From contig CM120640.1 in NCBI GenBank assembly GCA_051362555.1, positions 9,734,001-9,798,000 of the forward strand: a DNA stretch of 64,000 nt, written 5' to 3'. Below, one piece after another: positions 24,801 to 38,800 of the stretch (its first letter is position 1; every line of letters begins with the position of its first letter). The notes beneath the pieces were generated by a model. It saw only the letters and a program-made list of their open reading frames with translations. It ran no database searches and was not told the DNA's origin. This DNA comes from Lingula anatina (lineage: Eukaryota; Animalia; Brachiopoda). The translations under genes were made by a program, and so were the position numbers.

Positions 24801-25023
24801 GCCTAAGGCTCAATGTTTCATCACTCACCGCAGCATCTTGGGTAGTGGTAATTTTGGTTCGTGCGTGCTTATAATATGTCCCTCCCAGCTCCCAGGGGCT
24901 ACTGTCTGTATCGTCCTTTTTTCTCTGTGGTACCACGCCTCTGTTCCCCGCAAACACCGAGCAGGTCAAAAGAAGTGGTACGAAAAATACCAAGAATTCC
25001 CGGGATACGGAAAACGGCAACAT
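15810..25023 (-). CDS. Secreted matrix metalloproteinase (M10A) with prodomain, catalytic domain, linker and 4-blade hemopexin domain (about 587 aa)
   Basis: Exons 24829-25023, 21538-21673, 21137-21235, 20669-20769, 19067-19283, 18652-18810, 18211-18480, 17834-17988, 17350-17506, 15810-16084 (1764 nt, in frame). Signal peptide; YLWEYGY...RFQ prodomain; cysteine switch PRCGNKD; HEIGHLIGLTH; Met-turn SIMWP; hemopexin repeats (IDA..TYAFK, GFPRPI, VDAA..YLFQ..YWRY, GYPRSI) bracketed by Cys...FFNC. Confidence 0.95.
16423..17115 (-). mobile_element. Internally deleted, decayed Tc1-family transposon in the last MMP intron
   Basis: ORF 16747-17013 (LEQPSLSLDTN...PNNPNQSLQAFLDELDNCPQSRILTLAEGMPRRLQVI) resembles the Tc1 transposase C-terminus (WPxxSPDLNPIE...SMPRR). 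Degenerate TIRs CACTCTTGGTCCAAAAGGTTTTCCCAC and reverse complement CACCATTGATCAAAAAGGTTACCCCAC, with TA at 17116. Confidence 0.8.
22119..22384. mobile_element. MITE of the CAG(G/T)GGCGGAT-terminus type
   Basis: TIRs CAGTGGCGGATTTAG / CCTGGATTCGCCCCTG, flanked by TGAAT on both sides. The same right end appears at 1585-1617, and a degenerate relative lies near 50257-50484. Confidence 0.75.
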
Positions 25024-25028
25024 AACAG

Positions 25029-25035
25029 TGAGTCA
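25029..25035. promoter_or_regulatory. AP-1 consensus site immediately upstream of the MMP start codon
   Basis: Perfect TGAGTCA. CACGTGACGTC (E-box/CRE-like) lies near 25192. AP-1 is a classical MMP regulator, but a 7-mer can occur by chance. Confidence 0.3.
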
Positions 25036-28000
25036 GCTATTGGTCGACTGAACTAAGCGAACGCAAAACAGTTCAAAAAGTTATGGCAGTCTTTCGCTGC
25101 ACTAGTTTTCTGTGAGGAGGGTCAAGAGAAAATGCCACATTTCAGCCATTGGCTATAAATTATCGCCAATCTGGAATGTTTCTTGGGAAACCACGTGACG
25201 TCGAAAAGTTGAGGAAAACTGTTTAATGAACACAATATCATTAATGGAAGCAAGATGGTCATGCTCTTAGCAATGGAATCACCTGACTCTTACCTGTATT
25301 TTTTAATGATTTGTTTACTATATAAACGAGCATAATTGTTTCCTATATAAACTACTATAATTGAAAAAGCACAGAAAATAGAATAATAACATTAGTTCTA
25401 AGAGTCAATTTTGCAAGATAATGGGAAATATCGAGTAAACGTTAAAAATCAGATTTATTTTTATTTTGTTTGTTTTGTTAGCTTTAGAGCGATATCGTTG
25501 CAATGATTCTGGCAACAGAGCAAGGGGTAATGCAGTCAAGAAATGGAAGGAAGGTTTAATGCCAGATAGCGTTCGTTTCATTCTGGTACAAAGTCACACT
25601 ATAAGTGGTGAACGATTTAAGGATTGCCATGTGAAAATTCTAAACATATTTCTCATTTTCGTAAGGACGCTACTGCGGGGGTGAAATAATTCTGAATCTG
25701 CAGGGATTCAGTCATTTTAACTAGTACATTGTCAGTAAACTCCCCACATTTGCGTGCCCAACGCAAACCCTTAATACAACGACAGCATTCGCATGACACA
25801 GAAAAAAATACAGGTATGTGTCTGATTGTGTGCTTATCTTGAACTACTACTGCTGCGAAAGTCTAAGTGGGGGTTAAATGTGCTTATTTCTGCAGGTTCG
25901 TGTGAGAAATGAGTTATCATTGACAATGCAAGCAATAAGAGGACGTTCCAACTGTTTGCGATATAGGTAATAAAATCATGTTCAATGAGAAAGGCATAAC
26001 AAATGGAAATTAAATGACACTTTTTAATTTCCAATAATTCCCTCTGTCTTGTTATGTAACTAAATTTTTTCAGCAAACAAGCCTCGGAGACCCCATATGC
26101 ATTCACGTACACATAGAATGAAGTGAGCACAGTCGAATCAACCCCCCAAGCACTGAACTTCCCGTAACTCTGGGGTAAAGGAATATTATACCATCTGGTT
26201 TCATTCATGTTCATGATTCCTCAGGCCAGACCTTTATAACAAAGTTCACCGAATCCTTTTTAATTGCATCTTGTCTCCCTTTGGCTGTTTTTCTCAAATA
26301 CATGTGACGACTTTAGTGCGCGCTACCTGGTGTGGGGACAGCGGGTTTCAGGATCTACATTTGCTTTAAGACATCTCTGACCACTGATTGAGAGCAGAGA
26401 TATACATGTGTGTAGGAAGTAGGCTCATGTCATGATGACTTTTTTTATTTCTTTGTGAACCTGGCTTTATGACCACTATTGGCCTCTCTCTGTTTGGGTC
26501 AATATTAGAACAGATACTCCATCTGTTTCAGTGTTATATTGTTTGGTGCGAAGAAATGCATAATTATTATATTAAAAACAGAAGAAAAAAAATATGGCAG
26601 GGTCAGATCATGACACTCTAAAATGTGTGATAGAAAGTGGTCACAGAGCGGCAAGTTTTCGAAATTTCGTGTAGATGAGAAAACATAAGCAGCAACAAGA
26701 ACAGGACTCGCCGACAACAACATCACTATCCATTAGTTACAAACATCCTCGACAAAATTTCCTTTCACCTTTTGCTGTCCATAATATTATATAATCTTGT
26801 GGGGAAAAAACTAAGCCTCATAGGGCAAGACGAGGTAACATGTAACGTATAGCTGTGTCTGCCCTTTCTTCTCTGGTGTAAACTGCAGGAAGCCCACGTT
26901 TTTGCTGGGAAAAGGTCCCGTCTGGGTAAAATTTTTATCTAGGTACATGAAGGTTTCATGGTAAAAGGTCCACTTTTTCAGAAAAAGACCCCCCCCCCTT
27001 TGATATTTCTGGCTACGGGCCTAGGTGGTCTTGTCTTCCAATGACAAACACATAGTTACTGAACTGTGCTGTAATGGATTAAAGGAAACATCACCCTGGG
27101 CTTAGATCATGCCTTTATAATTCTGAACTGTAAAAGAACCAGAATGTTGGCATATTTCTTCCGTTTTCACAAATATTTTTGTAGAATTGCTGATCCCCGA
27201 GTGTTAACGCACATTGCTTCGGCATTACGCACAGTGATTACATTTTTACCACCTTGTATCGCTATAATTAGGGTTTATGTAATGCCTTCTTCTAAATTAA
27301 AACGAGTTCAAATAAACATCCCATTTTTTTTTACATCAAATCCCCCGCCTTTCGAAAGACCTTCTGAAATGTTTCTGGGAGAACATTATCAGTGAGGGCA
27401 AAATCAAGAAAAACATCCAATGCAGTACACAGTCAAGTCGCGTAAGTTAATTTAGTTATCTGAATGTTACGTGGGATGTCCCGATCAGAAAACGCTTTTT
27501 TTAATATCAGACTTAAGAATTGGAATTTCCGTTCCTCTCAGCTTGATGTCCATTTACTTACAAACTCCCCGCTTCTGCATCCTTTTAGTTTTAGTAAAGG
27601 GATCTAAAACGAATGGTTCGTACAATGCACTTGGAACATGAAATGGAGCGCAATTACGCAGCAGCGAGAGTTAAACATATTTGGAACCTTATAGATACTA
27701 GCGAAGTAAATCAAAGTCAGCGGGTCGAAAGGTTAAAATTCAAATCAGAACCTTGTCTAATAGAAACTGAAATTGAATCCCGCGAGTGAAAACAAGTGTG
27801 CGTGCGGTATTTTTTTACAAGATCGTCGCTCGTTTGTTATTCATATAAAACCGCATGCGCAATGTTTTTAAGCTTTTACCTAGGCGACTTTTTTGATGTA
27901 AAACGCAACAAAGATTCCTAATTGAAAATCAACATATAATTTTCCAGCGACTTTAAAAGCATGTCAAGATAAAAAGATTTCAATAGGATAAGTTTCCCCC

Positions 28001-28355
28001 CACAAATTAAATGAATTTTGAAATACGTGTAGGTCTTTAAAATGGGTGGGATAATGATACATGTAATAACATTTGTCTTTCACAAAAAAATAGAAAAGAG
28101 GCTGGCTGCCTTTTGATTATTCACGAAACATACTGCAAGTGACCATCACTTCCCATGAAAGCAGATGGATTTATGATAACATTAATAAAAAAAGAACCCC
28201 ACTGTTGCAAGCAAGCAAGGGAAAACAAAAAATTATCATACAAATACCTAGTTTATTTCACTGTACTCAGACAATTTATTGGACCCCTTCAGAAAACAAA
28301 TGTTTATTCGTATTTCAACATGCAAAAACATCTATTACAATAAAAAGCATATGTA

Positions 28356-29801
28356 TCAAACATCACTAGATTGCACTTCGCTCATATCCATGTCCATCCC
28401 CTTAGTCAGCAGATATTCACGGAATTTTTCAACGCTGTCCTCTTCTTCGTCTAATAATTTAAGTCCGTGGACTGACATTTCCTCGAGAGAGCGAGGTGAA
28501 CTACCCCTCGTAGAGTGTTCACTGGTTGTGCTCAGAGGACTTAACGGCGTTAAAGGCGTTACTGGTTGATTTCGCGGTGTTCCGCCGTTTGTAGTTTTCT
28601 CCGGTGCTTTTTCGGCGACAGAGCGTTGAGGCACTGCTTCCGCAGGGCTCCTTAGCAGAGGGCAGTTTTCGCTTTCAGTTACAGTTTTATTAGGCGTTTT
28701 AGGTAGATAAGAAGGGTTGTGAGTTAGGGAATGAAGTTGGTCTGGTCTAGGTACCGTACTGGGTTCTCTTTCCCCTTTTTTTGGAGGATTTACTTTACTG
28801 CCGCTAGAATCGTCAGTAGGTTTTGTGCGACTATTGTCATTGAGACCTAGCAGAGGATAATTTTCGGACGAAGAAAAATTAGACAATTCGTGTTCATTTA
28901 TGGGATAATTGTGTTTTATATCAAAACCATCCTGGCGTTGTATAAATGGCGTGTAAGCTTTGGAATTTTTACCTTCCTTATCTTTGAGCAGGTATTCTGA
29001 CTTGGAATCTCCTACAACAGAGTTATTTAAGAGAGGCGCGGTTTCACTCTCTCCTTCTTCGGTATTCTCAGATTCATTTTGCGTACGGTGCTTTGCTGAG
29101 ATTTTTCCAAATGAATCCCATTGCTTCGTAACTGGACTTTCTCCCTGAGATCTTTGAGACGAACGAAAACGTAGACGTAAAGCCGGTAACCAGCTTTCTA
29201 TTAAATCATCGCTCGTCTGGCAGCTCGTTTCCTGCCTTACAGGCACCAGGGATCCATTCGATGCTTCGGACTCGCACGAGGTCAGGAACTCATCCACCTC
29301 TTTCTCTACCAATCTCCGCTTCCACGATTCGCTTTTCCCCTTGGTTTCTGCGGGTTTTGACCGACTGTTTAAATATGTATTCTCCGCTGTTACTTGCTCA
29401 TCAGATTTCTCCTTATTGTCCTTAGCAAAAAAATCTTTGTCAAGAACGTGAATGGAGTCTTGACGCCAAAGACGAAAAGAACGGCTGGGATCTGGCGCCT
29501 CTGGTACCCCACGTTTTCCCTCTTGATCCGAGGATTGTGCACCAGGCTTGCGGGCGATGGTGTAGGCGAGTTGAGCGATGACAGAACGTCTGGAAATAAC
29601 AAGAAAAACGATAAAAATAAGTTTTAAAATCATTGACACAGGAATATAATAACAGGGAAATATTTCCGATTATGATTAAACGACCCAATAAATATATATG
29701 TGTGTGTGTGTGTATGTGTGTGTGTGTGTGTGTGTAGCATTTTACCACCCTCATAAATTGTTATACTTAACGCTTTTCTCGAAAGTTTATTTTCCACTTA
29801 A

Positions 29802-29849
<48 letters not shown>

Positions 29850-32800
29850 CATTTTACCACCCTTATAAATTGTTATACTTAACGCTTTTCTCGAAAGTTT
29901 ATTTTCCACTTAACAACGATGTAAGATTATTTTCTGAACAGGCCTCTATAACCATAATTTTTCCCTGTCAGTTATAAGAACAGACCCATAAATATTGATA
30001 AATCTGTTAATACATTCACTGCCACACACAAATGCTCTGGGTTAGACATAAAAACTAGCCACAAAAACAGGGTAACATCCTAGGGCGGTAAATGTATCTC
30101 CACAAATCTACAGCAATTGCGACCGCTTGCAGTGGTGACTTAAAGACTAAACATTGTTTTCAACACGCGGCACTTATTAACTCTTCATGTACTAGCACAG
30201 CGTGCGAACGCGGCCAGTGCTATCTTAAGTTACATCACTACTGATGTGATCAAAATGCAAGGTTTTACAGATGATTGATCACACATTCGTTTAATATATG
30301 GCACAAGTTCAGTGCTATAAACCCATGCTGGTGATAAGATATAACAACTAAATTGCACCGAAGAAGTGCACAGCTAGAAATAAAAAAACAAAAAAAGAAA
30401 ATGCATGTTTGTAACAATGCGAACACATTTCGAACCAAAAGCGGCTATGAAGCTAAAGATCAATGGATAAACGACGTCAACTTGTGCCAAAGGGTAGGCC
30501 TATTTTGACCATGTCAAACAAATATTCACAATATGAAAGAACATCTGATCTCTTATTTAAATGAAATAATGTTTTAATGTGTTAGGGCCACGCAAATATC
30601 GTTGTCACAACTACCACACCAAACACACTTGCTTTCGCACCTAAGACAATGGCGGTATGCTCACATCTACAGTTCATGCATGCGACATGGGTGCAATATA
30701 TCAATACAGTGTTGACTGGGATATCTGCTACATTACAATAGTGCATTAGGGGATAACTTCAACGGCAAAAATACAACTATTCCCATGGAGATGGATAATG
30801 CACTTCGTATTGCTTTTTGTTTAATGTGCTTGGTACCTATTGAGCTCGTCAAGGCTGTTCCCAGTGCCCGGAGAGCCGGTATCATGAGAATCCAGTGAAA
30901 AGCGATATCTCCTCAAGAAATTGGTTGAAACCCTGAGCGAAGCAAATCAGTGAAAAGAAAAAAACATGTAAAAGGCATATGTTATTCAATACCAAACATT
31001 TTGATATTTTGATGGGTCATCAATTTCATCAATTTAACCCGAAATTTAAGCTGAAAGGGGATCATTTGCAGTATAAAGCATAAAAATGCCAGGTGCATGT
31101 TACAGGATTTCATATTCTCCATTCAACAAGTATTTTGTTATTGATGAAGGAATTGTGCGAACTTCAGTCACTAGCTAAAATTGACGCAGATGAAAAATTA
31201 CAAGCTGGCTGTACAGCTGTCGTAAGAACAATCCGGTGAATCTGGTTGGTATTGCAATGAAAAACATGCGCCAGTTTTTAGTGAACGTGTAAAGGTATTA
31301 GTTGTTATAAAAACAGAAAAAAGCACTTGTTACAGATATGTTGTTAGAGCAAATGTGAATCGAACAACATGTAATGAGAAACGCATCCAGATAATTAAGC
31401 CACTAGGTTAAAAAATTAATGATTAGTAAGATACACGTTTGCAAAATGTTATGTTAGGCAAACAAATAAACGAAAAAACATGATAATTCGTTAGTATGAA
31501 ATCAGTTACATTAACACATACATTCGACAATGTATGAAAAGGAGTGTGTTAAAATCGCACTTGACTGCAAATTTGATGGTAAAATTAGCACAGTAATGCC
31601 AGTACGATAAAAGAGCGTGTGTTTGGATCAATACTCTTGTTAGTCAGGGAACTGGAGCCTGAAACAAAACAAACAGTTCTTTAAAGCGTAAGAGAATCAT
31701 TCATGACAATAACTTACTTTTCATCAAATGAATTTTTGGTATGCTGACTGGATCCTATGTGGCACCTGACATCTTTGGTGGTGGTGAACGCGCTTCTGCT
31801 GTTCCGATGTGGTTTGAGCAATATAATGTACAGCTTTGGAAAAAACAGAATCACCAGCGCAACTGTCGCACTGAGGCTAACGCACATGCACATGGTTATA
31901 ACCTTGGATTCGCTGCCGAAGTAGATGGGAACAAATGCCACCCATATAACACACGTGGTGTACATTGTGAAACCGATGAATTTAGCTTCGTTGAAGTTTT
32001 CTGGAACGTTTCTCGTTTTTATGGCGTAAAATGTGCATGCTGCAATGAGAAAGAAGTCAAACCCCATGGGTACCATGATGCCCAGCACCGTTGTATTACA
32101 GACGAGTTTCACTCTCGTTGGTGTTGGATAGTCAAGCGTGGAGTTGGCCGGTTGATATATTAGAGTGGCAATAATGCTTCCACACTCGAGTATAATAATG
32201 ATAATTGAAATAAATATTTGTGCCGTTGTTCCCATAAACCGGGGCTTTTTGGTCATTATCTTTTTCTTACTCCTAGCAAGAATCCTTGCAATACGATTGG
32301 TTCTTGTCACCAAGGCCCCATAGATCATTGAAAAAGCTAAGCCAGGTAGGATTCTTGTAATGTAGCACGAAGTCTCGGACGGTTTGGCAAGCAAGGCAAA
32401 TGTTGTAAAATAAGCTAGTACAATGCCAATGAGAATGATGTAACTAAGTTCCCGTGTTGAGGCCTTTACGACAGGCGTGTTGTTGTATTTGAAAAAGATG
32501 ACCAAAGTAAATAGTGCTAATCCTGTACCAACACTTGCAAAAACACAGGCCACCACCGCCTCTGTGTTTTGCCACTGCATGAACTCTATTTTGATCGGCA
32601 GACACACTACAAAAGAATGAAAATTTAACAATCAAAGAACTGTAAACTTTAAAGCTTATGTGTACATTATATCGACATGTTTGTTCTCAATAACCGAGTG
32701 ATCACGTAAATTATAACTGTAATTTGATGTTGTATCTTACCATGCTTTCAAAACAATTCTAAAATGTAAAAAAAAATAATAAAAAAATAATTTTATCACT

Positions 32801-35800
32801 AGACAAAAAATTATCCTGAACCTCAATTTCAGAGTTAATGCTTCCATCACTGACAGAGGCCTACTGAGGGGAAAAAAGGGTTACTTTCAACTCTAAAAGT
32901 CAGAGTGTGGCCTCCATAAACTGGAGAGGAAAAAAGCTATCCTCACCCGTTAAGTCGTCATTTGGCCACCAGCCTTTTGCGCAGTTCTCACACTGAGACT
33001 CGCTAAGAAGAATCTGATTTTCCTTGCACGGTATACAGGCCCAACAGCAACGCTCACTCGCGTCCAGAAATTGCTGAAAAAAAATATAACTTTTGTAATA
33101 TAATACATGTATAAATAATACATAATATAACTCAGTTTTTGAGACATTTCAAATCCCAAACGCAGATTTGGCACAACTATGGTGAACAAAACAAAATTCG
33201 AGTCCTTTTGCTGCCTTAGCACGCACGTATGATATTTGCTCGTCTATGAGTAGCAATTATAAATCCCTTAAACAGTGACACACCGAAACCGATGGGCAGT
33301 ATAGTGTACCAGTAAATGTAGGCCTATAACAACTCCAAATCATAAGACACCTGTAGCTATCCTTTCTCATCATGATTACTTACTTTCACTTTCCCCTTTG
33401 GACACGGTCGGCTACACGCTGACTCAACGTGGCTGCTTGTGTTATCATTTTGCGGCCACTGGATGATACTTTCATTCAGTACAAGAATTCCGTCAAGCCA
33501 CTCCCCAATTTGTACATAGGATGCGTTAAATTCGGTGCTGTTTGGAGTTTGGAAATATTGGTAGTTCATAATTTCATACCTGTAACAAATATACCAATAC
33601 CTTGCTTTAGAGAAGGCAGTTCAAGGTTTCGGCACCCCAACTTTTTTTTTTTTTTTTTTTTTGGGGGGGGGGGGGTCTAATATAACCGCATAAGGTTACC
33701 GATTATGACAGAAACCTTACACTTAGCATAAGAAACACTGTCAGCAGCACTCAGTAACTTGCAATGCAAATGGCTGCTCCATATTCAATACAGTCATGTT
33801 CCAACTACGGTATTTCCTACATAGATCGAATATTTGATTGCGCCTCAGCGCCTCTGAGTGTTTCCTGGCCTAATTGTTCAGAATAAAAACACAATTACTA
33901 TTATTTTGATTAGAATCATCATCATTAGGATAAGTAATCAATTTAATATGCTAAAAGTAGCGAAAAACGAAACCAAATCAATAGGAAATATACACTACAC
34001 CCGACACCTTAACAATTACGAACCAAAGCGCTCACCTTCCTGGTGGATCCCCATTCTGGTCAAAGTAAAGAGATTCATTGGCGTAGTTTGTGAAAGACAC
34101 ATTAATAAGATGGCTGAGGAAAATGGATCCGTTAACAGGGAGGAATCCGGGACAGACCCCAGGGCGGCCATTACAGACGAGCTGGTGAATGTTGTGGAGT
34201 GCATGGGCCATGGTGTAGATAGCGTTTACAACAAACCCTAACTTAGCATCTTGGACGTAGTTAATACTAAGATCTTCTTCGCCAGAACCTAGAAGTATAA
34301 CAATTTTAAAAAAATGAAAAATAAAATAACCGAAAGATAATGAAACTAACTTAACGTATTTTGAAATACGAAACTGCTTTCCTCACAATTTTAGAGTATC
34401 ATCGAATGATGCATGGATTGTTTGTCCTCCACTATTTACATACATTAATACATACAATGTCTACAGTGTACCCTTGGAAGTAAAGCTGGAAATGAACAGG
34501 AATGGATGCTAATGCCGGGTAGTGCGCCTTTATCAAATCTTTCTAATAAATTTTTAGAATATCATCGGTTGATGCATGGACGTTTTATCCTCTGCTATTT
34601 ATATACATTAATACATACAATGTCTACAGTGTACCCTTGGAAGTAAAGCTGGCAAAGCCCAGAAATGGATGTTAATGCTGGGTAGTGCACCTTTATCAAA
34701 TCTTTCTAATAAAATTGCGAGCGAAATCTGGTAACGTGAATTCGTCCAAACTTAATTAGTCTTCCGCTGATAACGGCAATTTTGCATCGAACCACAGTTA
34801 ATTATCATTATCAGTTTTCTCAATAATTTGCCCCGGATTTGGAGATAATAAGAATTTGAAGATAATGAAAATTACCCACTGGGCATTCTGAAAAGACAGA
34901 ACAATCAACAATTTTACCGGAAGAAACCAAAACGTCGCTATAGAAGTTCGCAGAGTGTGATACCTAGTTGGAAAATTGATGAAATTAATGATTAATTTGC
35001 ATCCTCCCGCCAGACGGTGAACATTTGAGAATAAATATGAAGTATTCCCGACGGACGAATCAAATATATATGTTACGGGTACAATGGTGCAGACCAGACT
35101 GATATTGATATATAATCGATATCAATCTGATAGAGTCGCCAAGCATGATATTTCAGTTTTTTTTTCGATATGTGCGCGTGTACGTGCGCGTGTGCGTGTG
35201 TGTGTGTTGCTTGCAGCGGATACCTGTGCAAGGAGCAGAGAATCTTTTGTCTCTGTTGTCCCCATTTATATAGCACTGGAACTTCTCTTGCCAGAAATCT
35301 TGGAACCAGGGATTTCTGCTTGGCTCAAATGGGCTGAGGTTGAAGTAATGCTGATCGAAGGCTCTTAACGGCGGGGAATGGAGCCGTATAGACATGCCGC
35401 CTGCAGCGGCCTCCTCCAGGTCCTTCACGACATCGGGCCTGACCGCCCACCCATCGCTGGAACCACAAAATAATGAAGATTTACGACTAATCAAAGATCA
35501 TTAACAGAGATAAGGGACTATTTTTAAACACATCCCACTATCCAGTATTTCCTAAAATTGGAGATATTGATAAAGACATTTCCTTCTGGCTACCGGTCAT
35601 TTCAAAGACTATAATCTCTTTCTCTAGCACAAGCGAGAACGCAACCATTGTCCTCGAGAAAATTGAAAGAGATAACATATTTATTTTTAATTTTTATTTG
35701 ACGATGACAAACAGAAAACAATCACCTTCCAATAAACAGAAATTCCCCAACGGCGTTTAACCTCGTCGTGGCATTCAGGAGCCCTTTTACTGTCATGCCC

Positions 35801-38800
35801 TCACAGAAGCAGACGACGACGCGAGCGTTTGGTGTTTCCTTTAAGTTCCTGATGACGGTGTTGTAAGACTCATAATCTGCGTTATTCTTTACTTTCTCGG
35901 CAGTAGCAATACACAGTCCTGCTTTTTTGGCAATTGCCGTGAAAGCTTCCATTCCACTAGCACCATAGTTCCCTATAAAAAGACAAACAACGAAAGAATA
36001 TAATATGTCCATCAGACACGTAATCTTTATACGTCATATATGGAAATGTACACTATTCTTTCCACAAACTGCTCTAAGTATAATAGGTTATATCATTGCA
36101 GGCAAGTGTCCTCTTTGTCTTTGTCATGAAATTCTACTTTTGTCTCCATCAATTAAATTAGGTCGGTAATTTCAACAATGAACCATGCCATATCATCGCT
36201 ATACATAAATAAAATCTGAGACTTTAAAACAGTCTCATTTATTCCAAATGTCTAGAGGTATAGCAATTTGATGCCGACTGATTCTCCCGTATTGGTTTCA
36301 GAAATGCATTTGCCAAGTGTGTGTTCACGGTTACCTATTAATGCCCTGCATTAAACAGTATCTTGTCTGTTTTTGAAGGCATCACATTGATCTACGAGAG
36401 ATCATAAGATGAGGTCGGCATCAAAAAGAAACGAAAGTAAACCGCATTTAACTCGGGGTGTATATTACGAGCAGTCCCTTAAGGGGATTGCCGATTGCCA
36501 AATGCCTCCATCAATCAGAAAAAAAGCCATTTTGAACAATTTGAGCTGAATGGCAGTTTCAGATGGAATGTATCAAGCTGACAAGACAGAAAGTATAAAG
36601 CATCATTTTCTTATACCAGATTTCATTTGGCGCCATTTTGAGGTTAATCAAACCGGACATTTTATTAGGCCGTTCAACGAAGTCACAGCATAGCGTCATT
36701 GGTCAATCTGAACAATTGTCCTATGTATCTCAGGAATATAAGCGAGCTGCACATTTTGCCTACTAAATTTATTAACGCTTTTTGGGACATTTTGAACATC
36801 AAAACTAGCTTTTCAATTCACAAATAAAACCATAATAACAAAAGATACAAAAAATATATAATTAAAGGAAATATTTTGAAATATCTTCCACCGATATACA
36901 GTTTTTATTTTCCGTTCATCAATATGGCTTCAGCTGTCATCATAGGTATGATGATGATGTTGAAAAAACAAATATAAACATTTACTGCTATATCCATTTT
37001 CTTCACACTAAAAGCTTATAAGCATGTATACGATTTTAATACATGATCTACAGAAGAATCATCTGCAATAAAATGAAATATTTGTTATAGAAAAAATCTA
37101 ACACACAAACTCCATCTGAGATGGATTTCAGCTTCTCTTTCTGGTTTGAAAAGCATCAGTAAGAACACTGTTACACCAGGATTCCTTCCATATGTCATAT
37201 TCAATATGATCTTATCTTATTTGAGTATTTTGCAAATTCCAAAATTAACTTTTATTTAATTGTGAAGATATTTATACAAAACTCTAGAGAGTGTTGAATC
37301 AATATAAATTTGATCACAATACATTTATCTGCTCTAAAATTTGATGTTCATTGAGTTGAATACTCTTAATAATCGTGACATATGTCGTTTTATTATTTGC
37401 CTAAAGAAAAAAAGTCCCTTATATTAACTTGTATTCACAGACGTCTTCCCAAAGTATTACTCGCGTACTTGTACCATCACAAGTGGGACTACTTGAACTC
37501 TTCTCAACCCCACAATCAGCATGTCTGTATTATAGGCAGCTTTAAGTGAAATTAAAACTACACAACAGGTATTCATATCATAATATCTCTTATGTTTAAA
37601 AGGCCAATTCTTCTTTTCAAATAATCTCAGAAATTGAGCTATGTACCCCATTGTTTAGAGAATTCATTTCAGGTTATCCAATTCAGCTGAGATTGCATTT
37701 ATCGTCCTCGAAAAGAGATAGAGAGAGAGGAAGACGATAACATTGAAGACTTTAAAAATAGTGAGATAATTAAATGTGTGCACTGAACTTTCTTTCAGTT
37801 CTTAACGTATTAATAATTTCCAGGACAAATATGTTCTTATGGAAGCCTTAAGCAATGTATTGCTGCTTACTTATTTAAGGTCTAGCGTTCAATAACCCAT
37901 TCCCTACATTAGTTAAGAAGGCGATAACAGTAATTACCTAAAACTAATGGATGTCCAAACGTTGGGCATAGTTTCCTTCATAACTTCATTTTGAATAATC
38001 ATAATGCTATTACCATGTTCCCAGAATAAGAAATCCATCGAGACTTCAGTTATATGTTTTTGGATTACTGTAATCTTTTGGAAACCGTCTTTCGAAAACA
38101 TGCTTCAGGACAATTAGACAGATGATTAGATTGAACCTAAGTACAATATTTCATATCACTGTAAGAAAAAAAGCCTTTCCGACGAATGCAAGAAACTTTA
38201 TAACTGTGTGTTCTACAACTTACTCTTATACAAACTTATTCATAGAGGAGGAAGCATGGGCTGCAAAGTACGAATTAGATAGTGATTAAGTTTGTGTACT
38301 TTGAATAACCTCTTCTGATTTATTCGTAATTTATTATACAGAAAGTAGTGCACATTTCATATGTTTATCAGACGTGTACGGATATAGCAGTGAAGAAGAC
38401 CGTGCCGCTCCTCTGTCCTTTCTGACATGGTAGCACCTTCAATACGAGTGACGTCTGTTAAAGACCAATGTGGCCTCAATCAATTTCTTTGATTCTTAAC
38501 GTAATTCAATCATACTGATTCATTTGTTCCAGTGCATCCTTTCTCCTGTAATCATCATTCTAGTTTTGCCGTGTAAACCGCCATCCGTGAAACGCCATTT
38601 CATGGACCACCTATGCCATATATAGAACTTTGATGACTCGTATGACAAATCAAGGAAAATCAGTTCAATAGAGATCGTAATGCATATATAAAAGGGCGAA
38701 AATTACATTTGTTTCTTCGATAAGATCGATAGAGTTGCGGAAACTGTGTGTTCCAGATATTAAGTCTTCGGCAGACCACAGTTGCGAGGATAGTTATATC

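Noticed and set aside
31741-32163. 140-aa plus-strand ORF, and similar antisense ORFs over mGluR, MMP and CSTF2 exons
   Set aside because: These are shadow ORFs of real coding exons.
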